NCBI GenBank assembly: GCA_027592325.1
Contig: JAQCKO010000002.1
Span: forward strand, 18,392-82,391
DNA: 64,000 nucleotides
From: a bacterium
Lineage (GTDB): Bacteria; Patescibacteriota; Patescibacteriia; UBA9934
Direction: 5' to 3'
Below are positions 1 through 9,244 of this stretch, piece by piece. The position numbers were made by a program, and so were the translations under genes. Numbering within the stretch: position 1 is the first letter of the stretch; each line of letters opens with the position of its first letter. The notes beneath the pieces are model-generated. The model did no database searches. It saw only the letters and a program-made list of their open reading frames with translations, and was not told the origin of the DNA.

Positions 1-167
1 ATGGACTTGTAGATAGCGTTCGTTTTGTGGACGATTATCGTGCAGGGCTCGACAGCGGTATGATGAATTTGACGATTTCGATTTCCTTTCGCGCCGATGA
101 TCGAACGCTTACCTCAGAAGAAGTCGATAGCGTGATGGAGCGAATTGAAAACGCATTACGCGCATAA
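1..167 (+). CDS. pheT: 3' end of phenylalanyl-tRNA synthetase beta subunit (FDX-ACB anticodon-binding domain), partial
   Basis: Frame from nt 3 reads GLVDSVRFVDDYRAG...LTISISFRADDRTLTSEEVDSVMERIENALRA*, typical FDX-ACB 'FR...RTLT.EEV' motif; TAA at 165-167; not in the ORF track. Confidence 0.8.
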   Translation, partial: GLVDSVRFVDDYRAGLDSGMMNLTISISFRADDRTLTSEEVDSVMERIENALRA

Positions 168-168
168 T

Positions 169-1473
169 ATGTTAAAGATTCTTCATCGCGAGGAGGCAAT
201 GGTAGATGAAGAACGCCTCCAAAGTGAAGCAAACCGTATTTTGCCGTATGTGGGCGAGCTTAGCTTGATCGCAAAAGCCACTGGGTATGACGCGCCGGAA
301 GCATCGCTGCAACTTCCGTACGATGAATCCATTCGCACGCAGGTAAAGGGACTTGCAAAAGAACTCGGTAAGCATATCGAGGTTATTGTTGTGATCGGGA
401 TTGGCGGATCGAATCTTGGCACCATGGCCATGTATCAAGCGCTTCGCGGCGTGCAAGATAGCCTCACGAGGAATTGGCCGAAGCTTTTATTCCTCGACAC
501 GCTCTCTGGTCAGAACCTTGAAGATATATCATCGTATCTCATCAATTTGCAAGACACAACATCATTTGCCGTTATCTCAATTTCAAAGTCTGGAGGAACG
601 GCCGAGACCATGGCGAATACTCAGGCGCTCTACAATAAGCTCCAGATAGCGTATGGGGATGTCTCTGATCGATTTATTGTTGTGACGGGTGACGGATCGA
701 AACTGTGGAATCGCGCAAAAGAATTGAATATGTATCGCCTCACCATCCCTGAGAAGGTTGGCGGGCGCTATTCGATTTTCTCCGCCGTTGGATTATTGCC
801 GCTCGCGCTTTCAGGAGCCGACATCGATGCCATGCACCGCGGCGCGCGTGAAGTGATCGAGATATGTACGATTAACGATATTGAAAAAAATCCAGCGCTC
901 TATTCGGCAATCGTGACGTATTTGCATGCGCAGGATGGCAAGAATATACACAATAGTTTTTTCTTCGACCCTCGCATGGAGCTCACAGGAAAGTGGTATC
1001 GGCAGCTGATGGGGGAGAGTATTGGAAAGCAGTATTCTGTTTTCGGAGAAGAACTGCGCGCCGGGGTGACGCCGATCGTTTCAACTGGCTCAACCGATTT
1101 GCATTCAATGGCGCAGCTGTATTTTGGCGGACCTCGCGATAAAATAACGAATATCGTTTATGGGCCATTCAATGATGTGAGGCTTCAGGGAGATGAATTC
1201 TCTGGACTGGTACAAGATCTTCCGGGAAAAACTTTTAATGACGTCATGTCCGCGATTTTGGGCGGTACAATGGAGGCATACACCAAAAATAAGATGCCGT
1301 TTCTTGCGATTGAACTTGAAGATTATACGGAAGCGTCTCTTTCAGGCTACCTGCAATTTCGGATGTGTGAGATGATGTGTTTAGCACAACTCTTCGATGT
1401 AAATGCATTTGATCAACCAAATGTGGAAGATTATAAGTCGGAGACGAGGAGGCTACTTAGAAATATCGAGTAG
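169..1473 (+). CDS. pgi: Glucose-6-phosphate isomerase (short type)
   Basis: GIGGSNLG, ISKSGGTAET, VGGRYS, QLMGESIGK, TDLHSMAQ, FDQPNVEDYK motifs; ATG at 169 right after the pheT stop. Confidence 0.95.
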   Translation: MLKILHREEAMVDEERLQSEANRILPYVGELSLIAKATGYDAPEASLQLPYDESIRTQVKGLAKELGKHIEVIVVIGIGGSNLGTMAMYQALRGVQDSLTRNWPKLLFLDTLSGQNLEDISSYLINLQDTTSFAVISISKSGGTAETMANTQALYNKLQIAYGDVSDRFIVVTGDGSKLWNRAKELNMYRLTIPEKVGGRYSIFSAVGLLPLALSGADIDAMHRGAREVIEICTINDIEKNPALYSAIVTYLHAQDGKNIHNSFFFDPRMELTGKWYRQLMGESIGKQYSVFGEELRAGVTPIVSTGSTDLHSMAQLYFGGPRDKITNIVYGPFNDVRLQGDEFSGLVQDLPGKTFNDVMSAILGGTMEAYTKNKMPFLAIELEDYTEASLSGYLQFRMCEMMCLAQLFDVNAFDQPNVEDYKSETRRLLRNIE

Positions 1474-1479
1474 CGCCTT

Positions 1480-1610
1480 GTCACTCCGGCTTGACCAGGG
1501 GTCCAGCGTATACCAAAATTGATTTGATGGATTCTCCGGCGTAGCCACAGCAGAGCCGGGCAGGCCGGTCCAGGCTCCGCCTATGCTGCCAATCGTTCGG
1601 GAATAACGAA
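1480..1610. repeat. Cluster of REP-like palindromic elements
   Basis: GTCACTCCGGCTTGACCAGGGGTCCA unit (related to the reverse complement of 36079-36106), then a 63-nt unit (1528-1590) matching the reverse complement of 18014-18076. Confidence 0.8.
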
Positions 1611-1630
1611 TCGACTAACAACTAATCTCT

Positions 1631-1894
1631 ATGATTAACTCTCTCGATGTTCTCTATTTTGTTCTCGCCTTTTGTGCGATTTGGGTGACCGTCATGGTTG
1701 CCTGGTTTGTCTTTTCTGTGACGAGTATTATTCGCGGGCTTAAACAAGCGATTGAACATCTTTCTGTGATTAGCGATCTATTAGAAAAAGGCGTACATAT
1801 GGTTTCAAGTGCCTTTGGATCGAAAGTGGCAGAAAAAGCCTTTGACGCGATGTCGAATATAGGACGGAGGAAAAAGGGGGAGGATGAGGAGTAA
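1631..1894 (+). CDS. Small single-pass membrane protein (DUF948/YoxC-like architecture)
   Basis: N-terminal TM helix, amphipathic helix and charged tail. Confidence 0.7.
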   Translation: MINSLDVLYFVLAFCAIWVTVMVAWFVFSVTSIIRGLKQAIEHLSVISDLLEKGVHMVSSAFGSKVAEKAFDAMSNIGRRKKGEDEE

Positions 1895-1908
1895 AAAATA
1901 ATGATCCA

Positions 1909-1958
1909 AAAAACCGTAACCCGGTTACCGAAATTTCGGTAACCGGGTTACGGTTTTT
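1909..1958. repeat. Perfect 50-bp palindrome
   Basis: AAAAACCGTAACCCGGTTACCGAAA|TTTCGGTAACCGGGTTACGGTTTTT; 25-nt arms, no spacer. Confidence 0.95.
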
Positions 1959-2056
1959 CGAAATGATGAAAAATAACGATTTTAATATCTCAAACCTGAT
2001 CTCTACCCACGAACCCTATACCCTAAACCCTCCCTGCATGCTAAAGTACCCCCACT

Positions 2057-5000
2057 ATGAGCCAGCAGCTTCCTATGGTACCGGAAGATTTTGTTCATCT
2101 TCACGTTCACTCGCATTTTTCGCTACTTGAAGCGCTTCCGTCGCCAAAGGCGCTTGTTTCGCGTGCAAAAGAGGATGGAATGAAGGCACTTGCGCTCACC
2201 GATAATGGCGCCATGTATGGAGCTGTCACCTTTTACGAAGCCTGCCGTGATGCCGAGATCAAGCCTATCATCGGACTTGATATGTACGTGGCGCAGAATC
2301 GAATGCAAGACAAACGTGCACGCATTGATGACAGGCCGTATCGACTGCCACTTATCGCGACGAATACCGCTGGCTATAAAAACCTTCTTAAAATTACCTC
2401 AACGGGATATTTAGAAGGATTTTATTATAAACCTCGCATCGACAAGCCTTTCCTTGAAAAACATACCACGGGATTGATCGGGTTTTCAGGCTCACTTGCG
2501 GGAGAGATACCAAAGGCGATTGCAGAAGATAATCTCAAAAAAGCCGAGGAGCTTTGTTATGCCTATGAGCAATACTTTGGACAAGGGAATTTCTTTTTAG
2601 AGCTAATTTTTCATCCAGAATTAGCGCGACAAATCGACGTCAATACTGCGCTGAAAGATCTCTCAAAAAAAACAGGCGTGCCAGTAGTCGCGGCGAAGAA
2701 TATTTTTTATTTGAATCCAGATGATCGTGAGGGATATGAAGCCCAAATGTGTATTATGCGCGGACGGACGCTTGAAAGCTTCCGTGCGACGCGTGCGGAA
2801 GATGTTGATCTTTCTTTCCCGAAGGCACAAGAAATTATCGATTATTTTAGCGACATCCCTGAGGCGCTTCGAGCCACAAAAGCGATTGCGGATCGCGTGG
2901 AATTTGAAATGGATCTTGGCAATAATTACTTGCCAATTTTTCCCATGCCCGAGGGGAAAAGTGATAACGATTATTTATACGATTTAGCGCTTGCGGGCCT
3001 TAAACATCGATACGGCGATTTGAGTGAAGAAATCATGGAGCGCTTCACCTTTGAATTCGAGACAATTAAGCGCATGGGATATTCATCGTATTTCATCATT
3101 GTGCAGGACTTTGTGATGTGGGCGAAGAATAATGGCATTCTGGTTGGCCCTGGACGTGGTTCCGCAGCAGGTTCGATTATTTCGTATGCTTTGCAGATTA
3201 CCGACATTGATCCCATGCACTACGGATTGCTTTTCGAGCGCTTCCTCAATCCCGATCGTATCTCGATGCCTGATATCGACCTTGACTTTGCCGATAGTAA
3301 GCGCGGTGAGGTGCTCGAGTATGTGACAAACATGTACGGCGCCGAGAAGGTTGCGGGAATCGTAACATTTGGGACGCTCATGCCTCGTGCGGCGGTCCGT
3401 GATGCAGGGCGCGTGCTTGGGCTTACGTTCGATGAAGTCGATGTGATTGCAAAAGCTGTCCCGCCACCGGTACTTGGACGCCACACGCCGCTTAAAATAG
3501 CCATTGAAGAACATGTAGAGCTTCGTGAGGTGTATCAGAGTAATCCGATGGCAAAGCAAGTCATTGATCTTGCCATGAAAATGGAAGGAAATCCTCGACA
3601 TACCTCGCAGCATGCCTGCGGGATTGTTATTGGAGATGTTCCACTTGTTGAGCGCGTGCCAATTTTGGCAGGTCAAAAAGAAGACATGGCCTACGTGACG
3701 CAATATTCACTGAATTCTGCGGAAGCGGCTGGTCTGGTGAAAATGGATTTTTTAGGACTGTCAAACCTCACTATTATTCAAGATGCTCTCGACATCATTC
3801 GTGCAGTTCATGGTGTCGAGATCGATATTGGGAACATCCCACTTGATGATGAAAAAGCCTTCGAGCTTTTAGGGCGAGGTGATACGACGGGTGTTTTTCA
3901 GTTAGAGTCAGACGGCATGAAGCGCTATATTCGTGACCTAAAGCCAACACAGATTGAAGATATTATTGCGATGGTATCGCTGTATCGTCCTGGCCCATTG
4001 TCTGCTGGAATGGTGCCAAAGTATATCAACCGGAAAAATGGTCGTGAAAAAGTGTCATATGACCACCCCATGATGAAGGAGATTCTTGAGGAGACATACG
4101 GCGTGACGGTGTATCAGGAGCAGATTATGAAAATATCGCGTAAGCTTGCTGGCTTTACGGCGGGTGAGGCCGATACGCTCCGAAAAGCGATGGGGAAGAA
4201 AAAGCGCGATGTACTTGCGAAAATGTATAGCAGTTTTGTTGAAGGATGTATTGCGAATACTGTACCAAAACAAACGGCTGAGCAAATTTGGAAAGATTGG
4301 GAAGGGTTTGCAGACTATGCTTTCAATAAGTCGCATGCCGCCTGCTATGCCATGATTGCCTACAGGACGGCGTATTTAAAAGCGCATTATACGCCGGAAT
4401 TCATGGCGGCGCTCATGAACTCGGACATTAATACGCTCGACCGTATTACCATTGAGGTGGAAGAATGTAGTCGCCTTGGTATTACCGTTTTACCACCAGA
4501 TGTAAATGAATCATTTCCTGGGTTTGCGGTAGTACCTGGTACAGGAAATATACGATGGGGTCTTCATGCAATTAAAAATGTGGGGACAGAAGTCGCAAAG
4601 GCAATTACGCGTGAGCGTAAAGAGCATGGCCTGTACAAAGATTTAGCAGATTTTGCCCGGCGTGTTCCGAATGAACAATTTAATAAAAAGTCGCTTGAAG
4701 CACTCATAAAATCGGGAGCGCTTGATCGTTTTGCTGCGCGGGGTGATCTTATTGAAAGCATGGATCAACTTTTGATGTTCAATAAACAGGTGCATAAAGA
4801 AAAATCGACGAATCAAATTTCCATGTTTGATTTTTCCCCGTCCATGAATGAGGCAGAATTGACGCTTCGAAAAGGAAAGGAAATCGGAATAGGACAACTG
4901 CTTTCGTGGGAAAGGGAACTCCTTGGAATTTATGTCTCCAATCATCCAATGAGAGATTTTGAAGAAGAATTGAAGCCCTATGTTGTAGAAGCGGGGACGC

Positions 5001-5608
5001 TTGATCAGTATGAAGATGGGCATATGGGAAATTTGGTTGGGGTGATTATTGAAGCGAAAAAAATACTGACTCGCAAGAAACAGGAGCCAATGGCTTTTGT
5101 CCGACTTGAAGATTGGTCAGGAAGTGCGGAAGTAGTTGTTTTTCCCAAGCTGTACAAAAAAGTTCAGCATATTTTAGAGCCGGGTGCGTATTTGGTATTG
5201 AAAGGAAAAATATCGATTCGTGATCGTGATGAGAGAAAAGAATGGTCAATGCTTGCAGATGAAATTACTGTTTTTAAGGAGCAAGACAAAGATGAGCTTA
5301 TTCATATGTTGCGCGGTGGTGGTTGGGATACAAGTTTTGAAAAACAAGATCAAACGGAGGCCCTCCCAGAGGTGCCTGGAGTTTCGATTCTTGTACCAAC
5401 AGTCCCAACACATGAGCTAATAGATGCTCTTCGAAAAACGCTCAAAGAATCGCCTGGGGATGTTCCTGTGTATTTAATTGTCCAGTCAGGCGGGGAAGAG
5501 CGACGAATTCAAACGGAATATACGATCGATCCAACGGCTCATTTACTTGAACGCCTGAAGGAACTTGTAGGTGCGGAAAATCTGGTTCATTCATTTGCTA
5601 TCATTTAA
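2057..5608 (+). CDS. dnaE: DNA polymerase III alpha subunit
   Basis: PHP domain (FVHLHVHSHFSLL), GPGRGSAAGS, RISMPDIDLDF, YAFNKSHAA, OB fold; no intein visible. Confidence 0.98.
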   Translation: MSQQLPMVPEDFVHLHVHSHFSLLEALPSPKALVSRAKEDGMKALALTDNGAMYGAVTFYEACRDAEIKPIIGLDMYVAQNRMQDKRARIDDRPYRLPLIATNTAGYKNLLKITSTGYLEGFYYKPRIDKPFLEKHTTGLIGFSGSLAGEIPKAIAEDNLKKAEELCYAYEQYFGQGNFFLELIFHPELARQIDVNTALKDLSKKTGVPVVAAKNIFYLNPDDREGYEAQMCIMRGRTLESFRATRAEDVDLSFPKAQEIIDYFSDIPEALRATKAIADRVEFEMDLGNNYLPIFPMPEGKSDNDYLYDLALAGLKHRYGDLSEEIMERFTFEFETIKRMGYSSYFIIVQDFVMWAKNNGILVGPGRGSAAGSIISYALQITDIDPMHYGLLFERFLNPDRISMPDIDLDFADSKRGEVLEYVTNMYGAEKVAGIVTFGTLMPRAAVRDAGRVLGLTFDEVDVIAKAVPPPVLGRHTPLKIAIEEHVELREVYQSNPMAKQVIDLAMKMEGNPRHTSQHACGIVIGDVPLVERVPILAGQKEDMAYVTQYSLNSAEAAGLVKMDFLGLSNLTIIQDALDIIRAVHGVEIDIGNIPLDDEKAFELLGRGDTTGVFQLESDGMKRYIRDLKPTQIEDIIAMVSLYRPGPLSAGMVPKYINRKNGREKVSYDHPMMKEILEETYGVTVYQEQIMKISRKLAGFTAGEADTLRKAMGKKKRDVLAKMYSSFVEGCIANTVPKQTAEQIWKDWEGFADYAFNKSHAACYAMIAYRTAYLKAHYTPEFMAALMNSDINTLDRITIEVEECSRLGITVLPPDVNESFPGFAVVPGTGNIRWGLHAIKNVGTEVAKAITRERKEHGLYKDLADFARRVPNEQFNKKSLEALIKSGALDRFAARGDLIESMDQLLMFNKQVHKEKSTNQISMFDFSPSMNEAELTLRKGKEIGIGQLLSWERELLGIYVSNHPMRDFEEELKPYVVEAGTLDQYEDGHMGNLVGVIIEAKKILTRKKQEPMAFVRLEDWSGSAEVVVFPKLYKKVQHILEPGAYLVLKGKISIRDRDERKEWSMLADEITVFKEQDKDELIHMLRGGGWDTSFEKQDQTEALPEVPGVSILVPTVPTHELIDALRKTLKESPGDVPVYLIVQSGGEERRIQTEYTIDPTAHLLERLKELVGAENLVHSFAII

Positions 5609-5610
5609 CT

Positions 5611-6768
5611 ATGAAAAAGAAGAAGCAGCAAAAATCAGCGCGCCCACTGTCACGATCGCTTCGTGTCTACCAAAAGCTTTCATTACTCTTTTTTGTTTTT
5701 TCTGTTTTACTGCTTCTTGGTGTGCTTTATCTGTCGCTTTCGCAGGCAGTGATTCGGATCGCGCCTATTCCACGGGCAATTTCATCGAGTATTGCGATTG
5801 ATGTCCATCAGAATCCGGGTGCATTGCAGGTAGCAGGAGAGATAGCCGAAGTTCAACTAGAGCGTACAAAAACAGTGACACTTCAAGGCAATGGGACTGA
5901 TCCTGTAAAAGGGCGGTCAAGCGGAATGGTTTTTGTCGTGAATGAGACATCGGGTCAGGTTGATCTTGTTGCAAATACGCGGGTTTTGTCGGATAGCGGG
6001 ATACTTTTTCGGTTGCAAGAGGCGGTGAGCGTGCCTGCGAATGATCAAGTCGAAGTTGCTGTTCTTGCAGATGAAGAAGGTGAAGAAGGTGACATAGAAC
6101 CTAGCCGATTTACCATCCCAGGGTTACCAGAGAATGCACAAACCGTTGTATATGCCATTAGCACCAAAGCTATGGTGGGTGGGCTTCGATTTGTCCGTGT
6201 GATTTCACAAGACGATTTAGAGCGTGCTGAGGTTGAGCTAACAGCCGAACTGCTGAAGCAAGGCATTGATGAGCTTAAAGGAACTGAAACCAGAGATTTT
6301 GATGACGAGATATTCGACATTGAAATTCTGACGCGCATAACGAATGCAGCGATTGGGGAAGAAGCAAGTAGTTTTGATATTGGGCTTTCGGCCCGCATCT
6401 TTGGCGTATTTTTTGACGCTAGTGCATTTCAAACGCAAGTGGAGAATGGGTTGAGACTTTCCGCAGACGATGGATTTGAGCTTGTCAGTATTTACGATGA
6501 CGTCTATCGGAGGGCGATTCAATTTGTTGATGTGCAAAGTGGAGTTGCTCGCATTGCTGTTACCGTCGATATGCTATCAATTATCACAAATACGAACGAA
6601 CTCCTTAACCTTGATCAATTCCTTGGCAAAGCGCCAGGTGAAGTAGAGGCGATTTTAGAGGCTTCAGAAGCAATCGAATCAGCGAGTATTTCATTTACGC
6701 CGTTTTGGTTAAAACGCATTCCAACCCTACGCGATCATATTAAGGTGGTGATTGAGGGATTGAAGTAG
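5611..6768 (+). CDS. Membrane-anchored protein resembling the CPR baseplate-J/gp47-like family
   Basis: Basic N-tail plus TM helix; SSGMVFVVNET...NTRV...GILFRL...VSVPA...VLADEEGEEGDI...RFTIPGL pattern as I recall it from CPR baseplate-J-like proteins. Confidence 0.6.
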   Translation: MKKKKQQKSARPLSRSLRVYQKLSLLFFVFSVLLLLGVLYLSLSQAVIRIAPIPRAISSSIAIDVHQNPGALQVAGEIAEVQLERTKTVTLQGNGTDPVKGRSSGMVFVVNETSGQVDLVANTRVLSDSGILFRLQEAVSVPANDQVEVAVLADEEGEEGDIEPSRFTIPGLPENAQTVVYAISTKAMVGGLRFVRVISQDDLERAEVELTAELLKQGIDELKGTETRDFDDEIFDIEILTRITNAAIGEEASSFDIGLSARIFGVFFDASAFQTQVENGLRLSADDGFELVSIYDDVYRRAIQFVDVQSGVARIAVTVDMLSIITNTNELLNLDQFLGKAPGEVEAILEASEAIESASISFTPFWLKRIPTLRDHIKVVIEGLK

Positions 6769-6824
6769 GGTGTACGAATTACGAATTGCTACTAATATAT
6801 CAACGATGAATGATACGAATGCGT

Positions 6825-6996
6825 ATAGATCCCTCGCATTCGTTCCCGGCAGAGCCTGGCAGGCGGGAATTTCTCGAAGAACAATGTGAGGAGAGATTTA
6901 TTCGCGTCGAAGATCTTGCCATTTCGTCGTTTTGTTCCCCTCGCAATGAGAATACGGTCTTCCTGAGCGGAGGCCAAAGGCCGAAGTCGAAGGATC
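6825..6996. repeat. Composite REP-like cluster upstream of thrS
   Basis: 6825-6950 is an inverted, colinear relative of 9002-9151; 6957-6996 (GTCTTCCTGAGCGGAGGCC...GTCGAAGGATC) resembles 36150-36185. Confidence 0.8.
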
Positions 6997-7013
6997 CACG
7001 CGCATATTGAGCC

Positions 7014-7042
7014 TTGACATCATACAAAACACCGCATACACT
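7014..7042 (+). promoter_or_regulatory. Sigma70-type promoter of the thrS leader
   Basis: TTGACA(7014-7019)-17 nt-TACACT(7037-7042). Confidence 0.8.
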
Positions 7043-7048
7043 TTATGT

Positions 7049-7210
7049 ATCGTTGTGATAAGGCTTCACCAACCTTGGAGCGATTGGTCTATGCGTCCAT
7101 AACGTATAAAAAGAGTGATGCCTGCGAAGAGAAAATCGTTTGCATAACTCGGGTGGAACCGCCCATTCGGGCCCCGAGAGCAGTCATTAACTGGTCTCTA
7201 TTTTATTTTC
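7049..7210 (+). ncRNA. T-box riboswitch (Thr) with ultrashort Stem I, antiterminator and terminator
   Basis: AACTCGGG-TGGAACC-GCCC-ATTC-GGGC-CCCGAG antiterminator; overlapping hairpin GAGAGCAGT/ACTGGTCTC plus T-rich tract; ACC in the loop of a 36-nt Stem I; sits upstream of thrS. Confidence 0.88.
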
Positions 7211-7211
7211 T

Positions 7212-8954
7212 ATGAATGAACAAGAATTAAACGATCTTCGTCATAGCTGCGCGCATCTTCTTGCAGCAGCCGTGATGGAAATTTGGCCGCATGCAAAGCG
7301 CACCATTGGTCCTGCCATCGAGAATGGCTTTTACTTTGATTTTGATTTTGGCAATACCACAGTGACCGAAAAAGATTTTCCGAAAATCGAAAAACGCATG
7401 AAACAGCTTCTCACTACATGGAAGGGCTTTGAACGTCATGAGCTAAATGCAGAAGAAGCAAAGGCGGAGTATCCTGATAATACCTATAAGCATGAACTCA
7501 TTGATGAGTTTACAGCGGATGGATCGAAGGTGAGTTTCTATAAGTCTGGTGCGTATTGGGATCTTTGCCGTGGAGGGCATTGCAAGGAACCAAATACGGC
7601 GCTTAAGAATTTTAAATTGCTTTCTATTGCGGGAGCGTATTGGCGCGGTGATGAGAATAACCCAATGCTTACGCGTATTTATGGTACTTGCTTCGAGTCG
7701 CAAGAAGAGCTCGATGCCTATTTGACTATGATGGAAGAGGCAAAGAAGCGTGATCATCGAAAATTAGGTCAAGAACTCGATCTATTTACACACTCAGAAC
7801 TTGTTGGCTCAGGCCTTCCGCTTTTCACCCCGCGCGGAACGATTGTGCGTGAGCAGCTTTCTGCTTTCGTTTGGGAGCTCATGAAACCTCATGGGTATTC
7901 CCGCGTGCATATTCCGCATATGGCAAAGTCAGACCTGTACAAGACATCAGGTCACTGGGATAAATTCATGGATGATATTTTTCACATTCGGAGCAAAAAA
8001 ACAGATCAAGATTTTGTTATGAAGCCGATGAATTGTCCGCATCATACACAGATTTATGCTGCAAGAATGCGTAGCTATCGTGATTTGCCGCTTCGATATT
8101 CTGAAGTGACTAGCGTGTACCGTGATGAAAATACAGGTCAGTTGCAAGGCCTTTCGCGTGTGCGTTCGATCACTCAGGATGACGCGCATGTATTCTGTCG
8201 CATGGATCAGGTTAAGCAAGAAGCGCTTGCCATGTATGACATTATTACCCGTTTCTATGCCGCTTTCAATATGTCCCTCCGCATTCGGCTGTCGACATCG
8301 GATCCTGATGCGCCAGAGAAGTATCTTGGTGGGGAAGAGGTTTGGGATAATGCCGTCGGGACGCTGAAAGAGATTCTTCAAGAGCTTGAAAAAGACTATG
8401 AAATTGGCGTTGGGGAAGCGGCTTTTTATGGACCAAAGCTCGACTTCATTGCAAAAGATGCCATCGGCCGAGATTGGCAACTAGCGACCATTCAGCTTGA
8501 TTTCAATTTGCCGGAACGCTTTGCGCTTGAATACATTGATGAGAACAATGAAAAAGTGCGGCCCGTCATGCTGCACCGCGCTATTCTTGGCTCAATTGAA
8601 CGTTTCATGGCAGTTTTAATTGAGCATTATGCCGGGGCATTCCCAATGTGGCTTGCACCGGAGCAAGTGCGTCTTGTACCGGTAAGCGATGATTTTGTCG
8701 ATTTAGCACGCACAATCGAAACCAAGCTTCGCGAGAGAGATATTCGTGTGAGCGTTGATGCATCGAAAGAAGGTGTTGGAAAGAAGATTCGCAATAGTGC
8801 CATGATGAAAACACCGTGGACGATTGTGATCGGAGAAAAAGAAGCAGGTGGAGGAGACTATCAGGTGAATATCTTTGGGCAGGATGAAGATAGGACCATT
8901 TCCCAAGGTGATTTGGTAGATGCTGTTTTGGACGCAGCCAAGTTGCCGGTGTAG
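7212..8954 (+). CDS. thrS: Threonyl-tRNA synthetase (lacks N-terminal TGS domain)
   Basis: RHSCAHLLA, DLCRGGH, GAYWRG, RDHRKLG, KPMNCPHH, GEAAFYGPK, TIQLDF, HRAILGSIERF. Confidence 0.98.
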   Translation: MNEQELNDLRHSCAHLLAAAVMEIWPHAKRTIGPAIENGFYFDFDFGNTTVTEKDFPKIEKRMKQLLTTWKGFERHELNAEEAKAEYPDNTYKHELIDEFTADGSKVSFYKSGAYWDLCRGGHCKEPNTALKNFKLLSIAGAYWRGDENNPMLTRIYGTCFESQEELDAYLTMMEEAKKRDHRKLGQELDLFTHSELVGSGLPLFTPRGTIVREQLSAFVWELMKPHGYSRVHIPHMAKSDLYKTSGHWDKFMDDIFHIRSKKTDQDFVMKPMNCPHHTQIYAARMRSYRDLPLRYSEVTSVYRDENTGQLQGLSRVRSITQDDAHVFCRMDQVKQEALAMYDIITRFYAAFNMSLRIRLSTSDPDAPEKYLGGEEVWDNAVGTLKEILQELEKDYEIGVGEAAFYGPKLDFIAKDAIGRDWQLATIQLDFNLPERFALEYIDENNEKVRPVMLHRAILGSIERFMAVLIEHYAGAFPMWLAPEQVRLVPVSDDFVDLARTIETKLRERDIRVSVDASKEGVGKKIRNSAMMKTPWTIVIGEKEAGGGDYQVNIFGQDEDRTISQGDLVDAVLDAAKLPV

Positions 8955-9001
8955 TTAAAGTTAGTAGTTTGTAGTGCGTAGTGGTAGAAAGCGTGGTTAT
9001 T

Positions 9002-9208
9002 GTCATTGCGAGGAACGCATGTAATGCGTGACATGGCAATCTCTTGCACTCGTATAGATCTCTCGCTATGCTCGAGAATTTGTTATTTCCCGCTTGCCCG
9101 GCCTGTCCGGCTCCGCCGTGGCTCCGCCGGGAACGAATGTGAGGGATCTATCCATCATTCTTGCGAAGGCAGGAATCCATCCCGCCCTTCGCGAAGAGCA
9201 GGATCCAT
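9002..9208. repeat. Composite REP-like cluster downstream of thrS
   Basis: GTCATTGCGAGG...GCAATCTC unit, GC-rich hairpin unit and TCATTCTTGCGAAGGCAGGAATCCA unit. Confidence 0.8.
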
Positions 9209-9216
9209 TGAAAAGG

Positions 9217-9241
9217 AAAGAACCCATTACGGGTTCTTTTC
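9217..9241. terminator. Bidirectional intrinsic terminator
   Basis: AAAGAACCC-ATTAC-GGGTTCTTTT between convergent genes. Confidence 0.7.
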
Positions 9242-9244
9242 TAT

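Noticed and set aside
6792-7027. Three short overlapping ORFs, one sharing GSAGNECEGSI with the 9000 ORF
   Set aside because: The shared peptide is just translation of the inverted repeat; no coding signals
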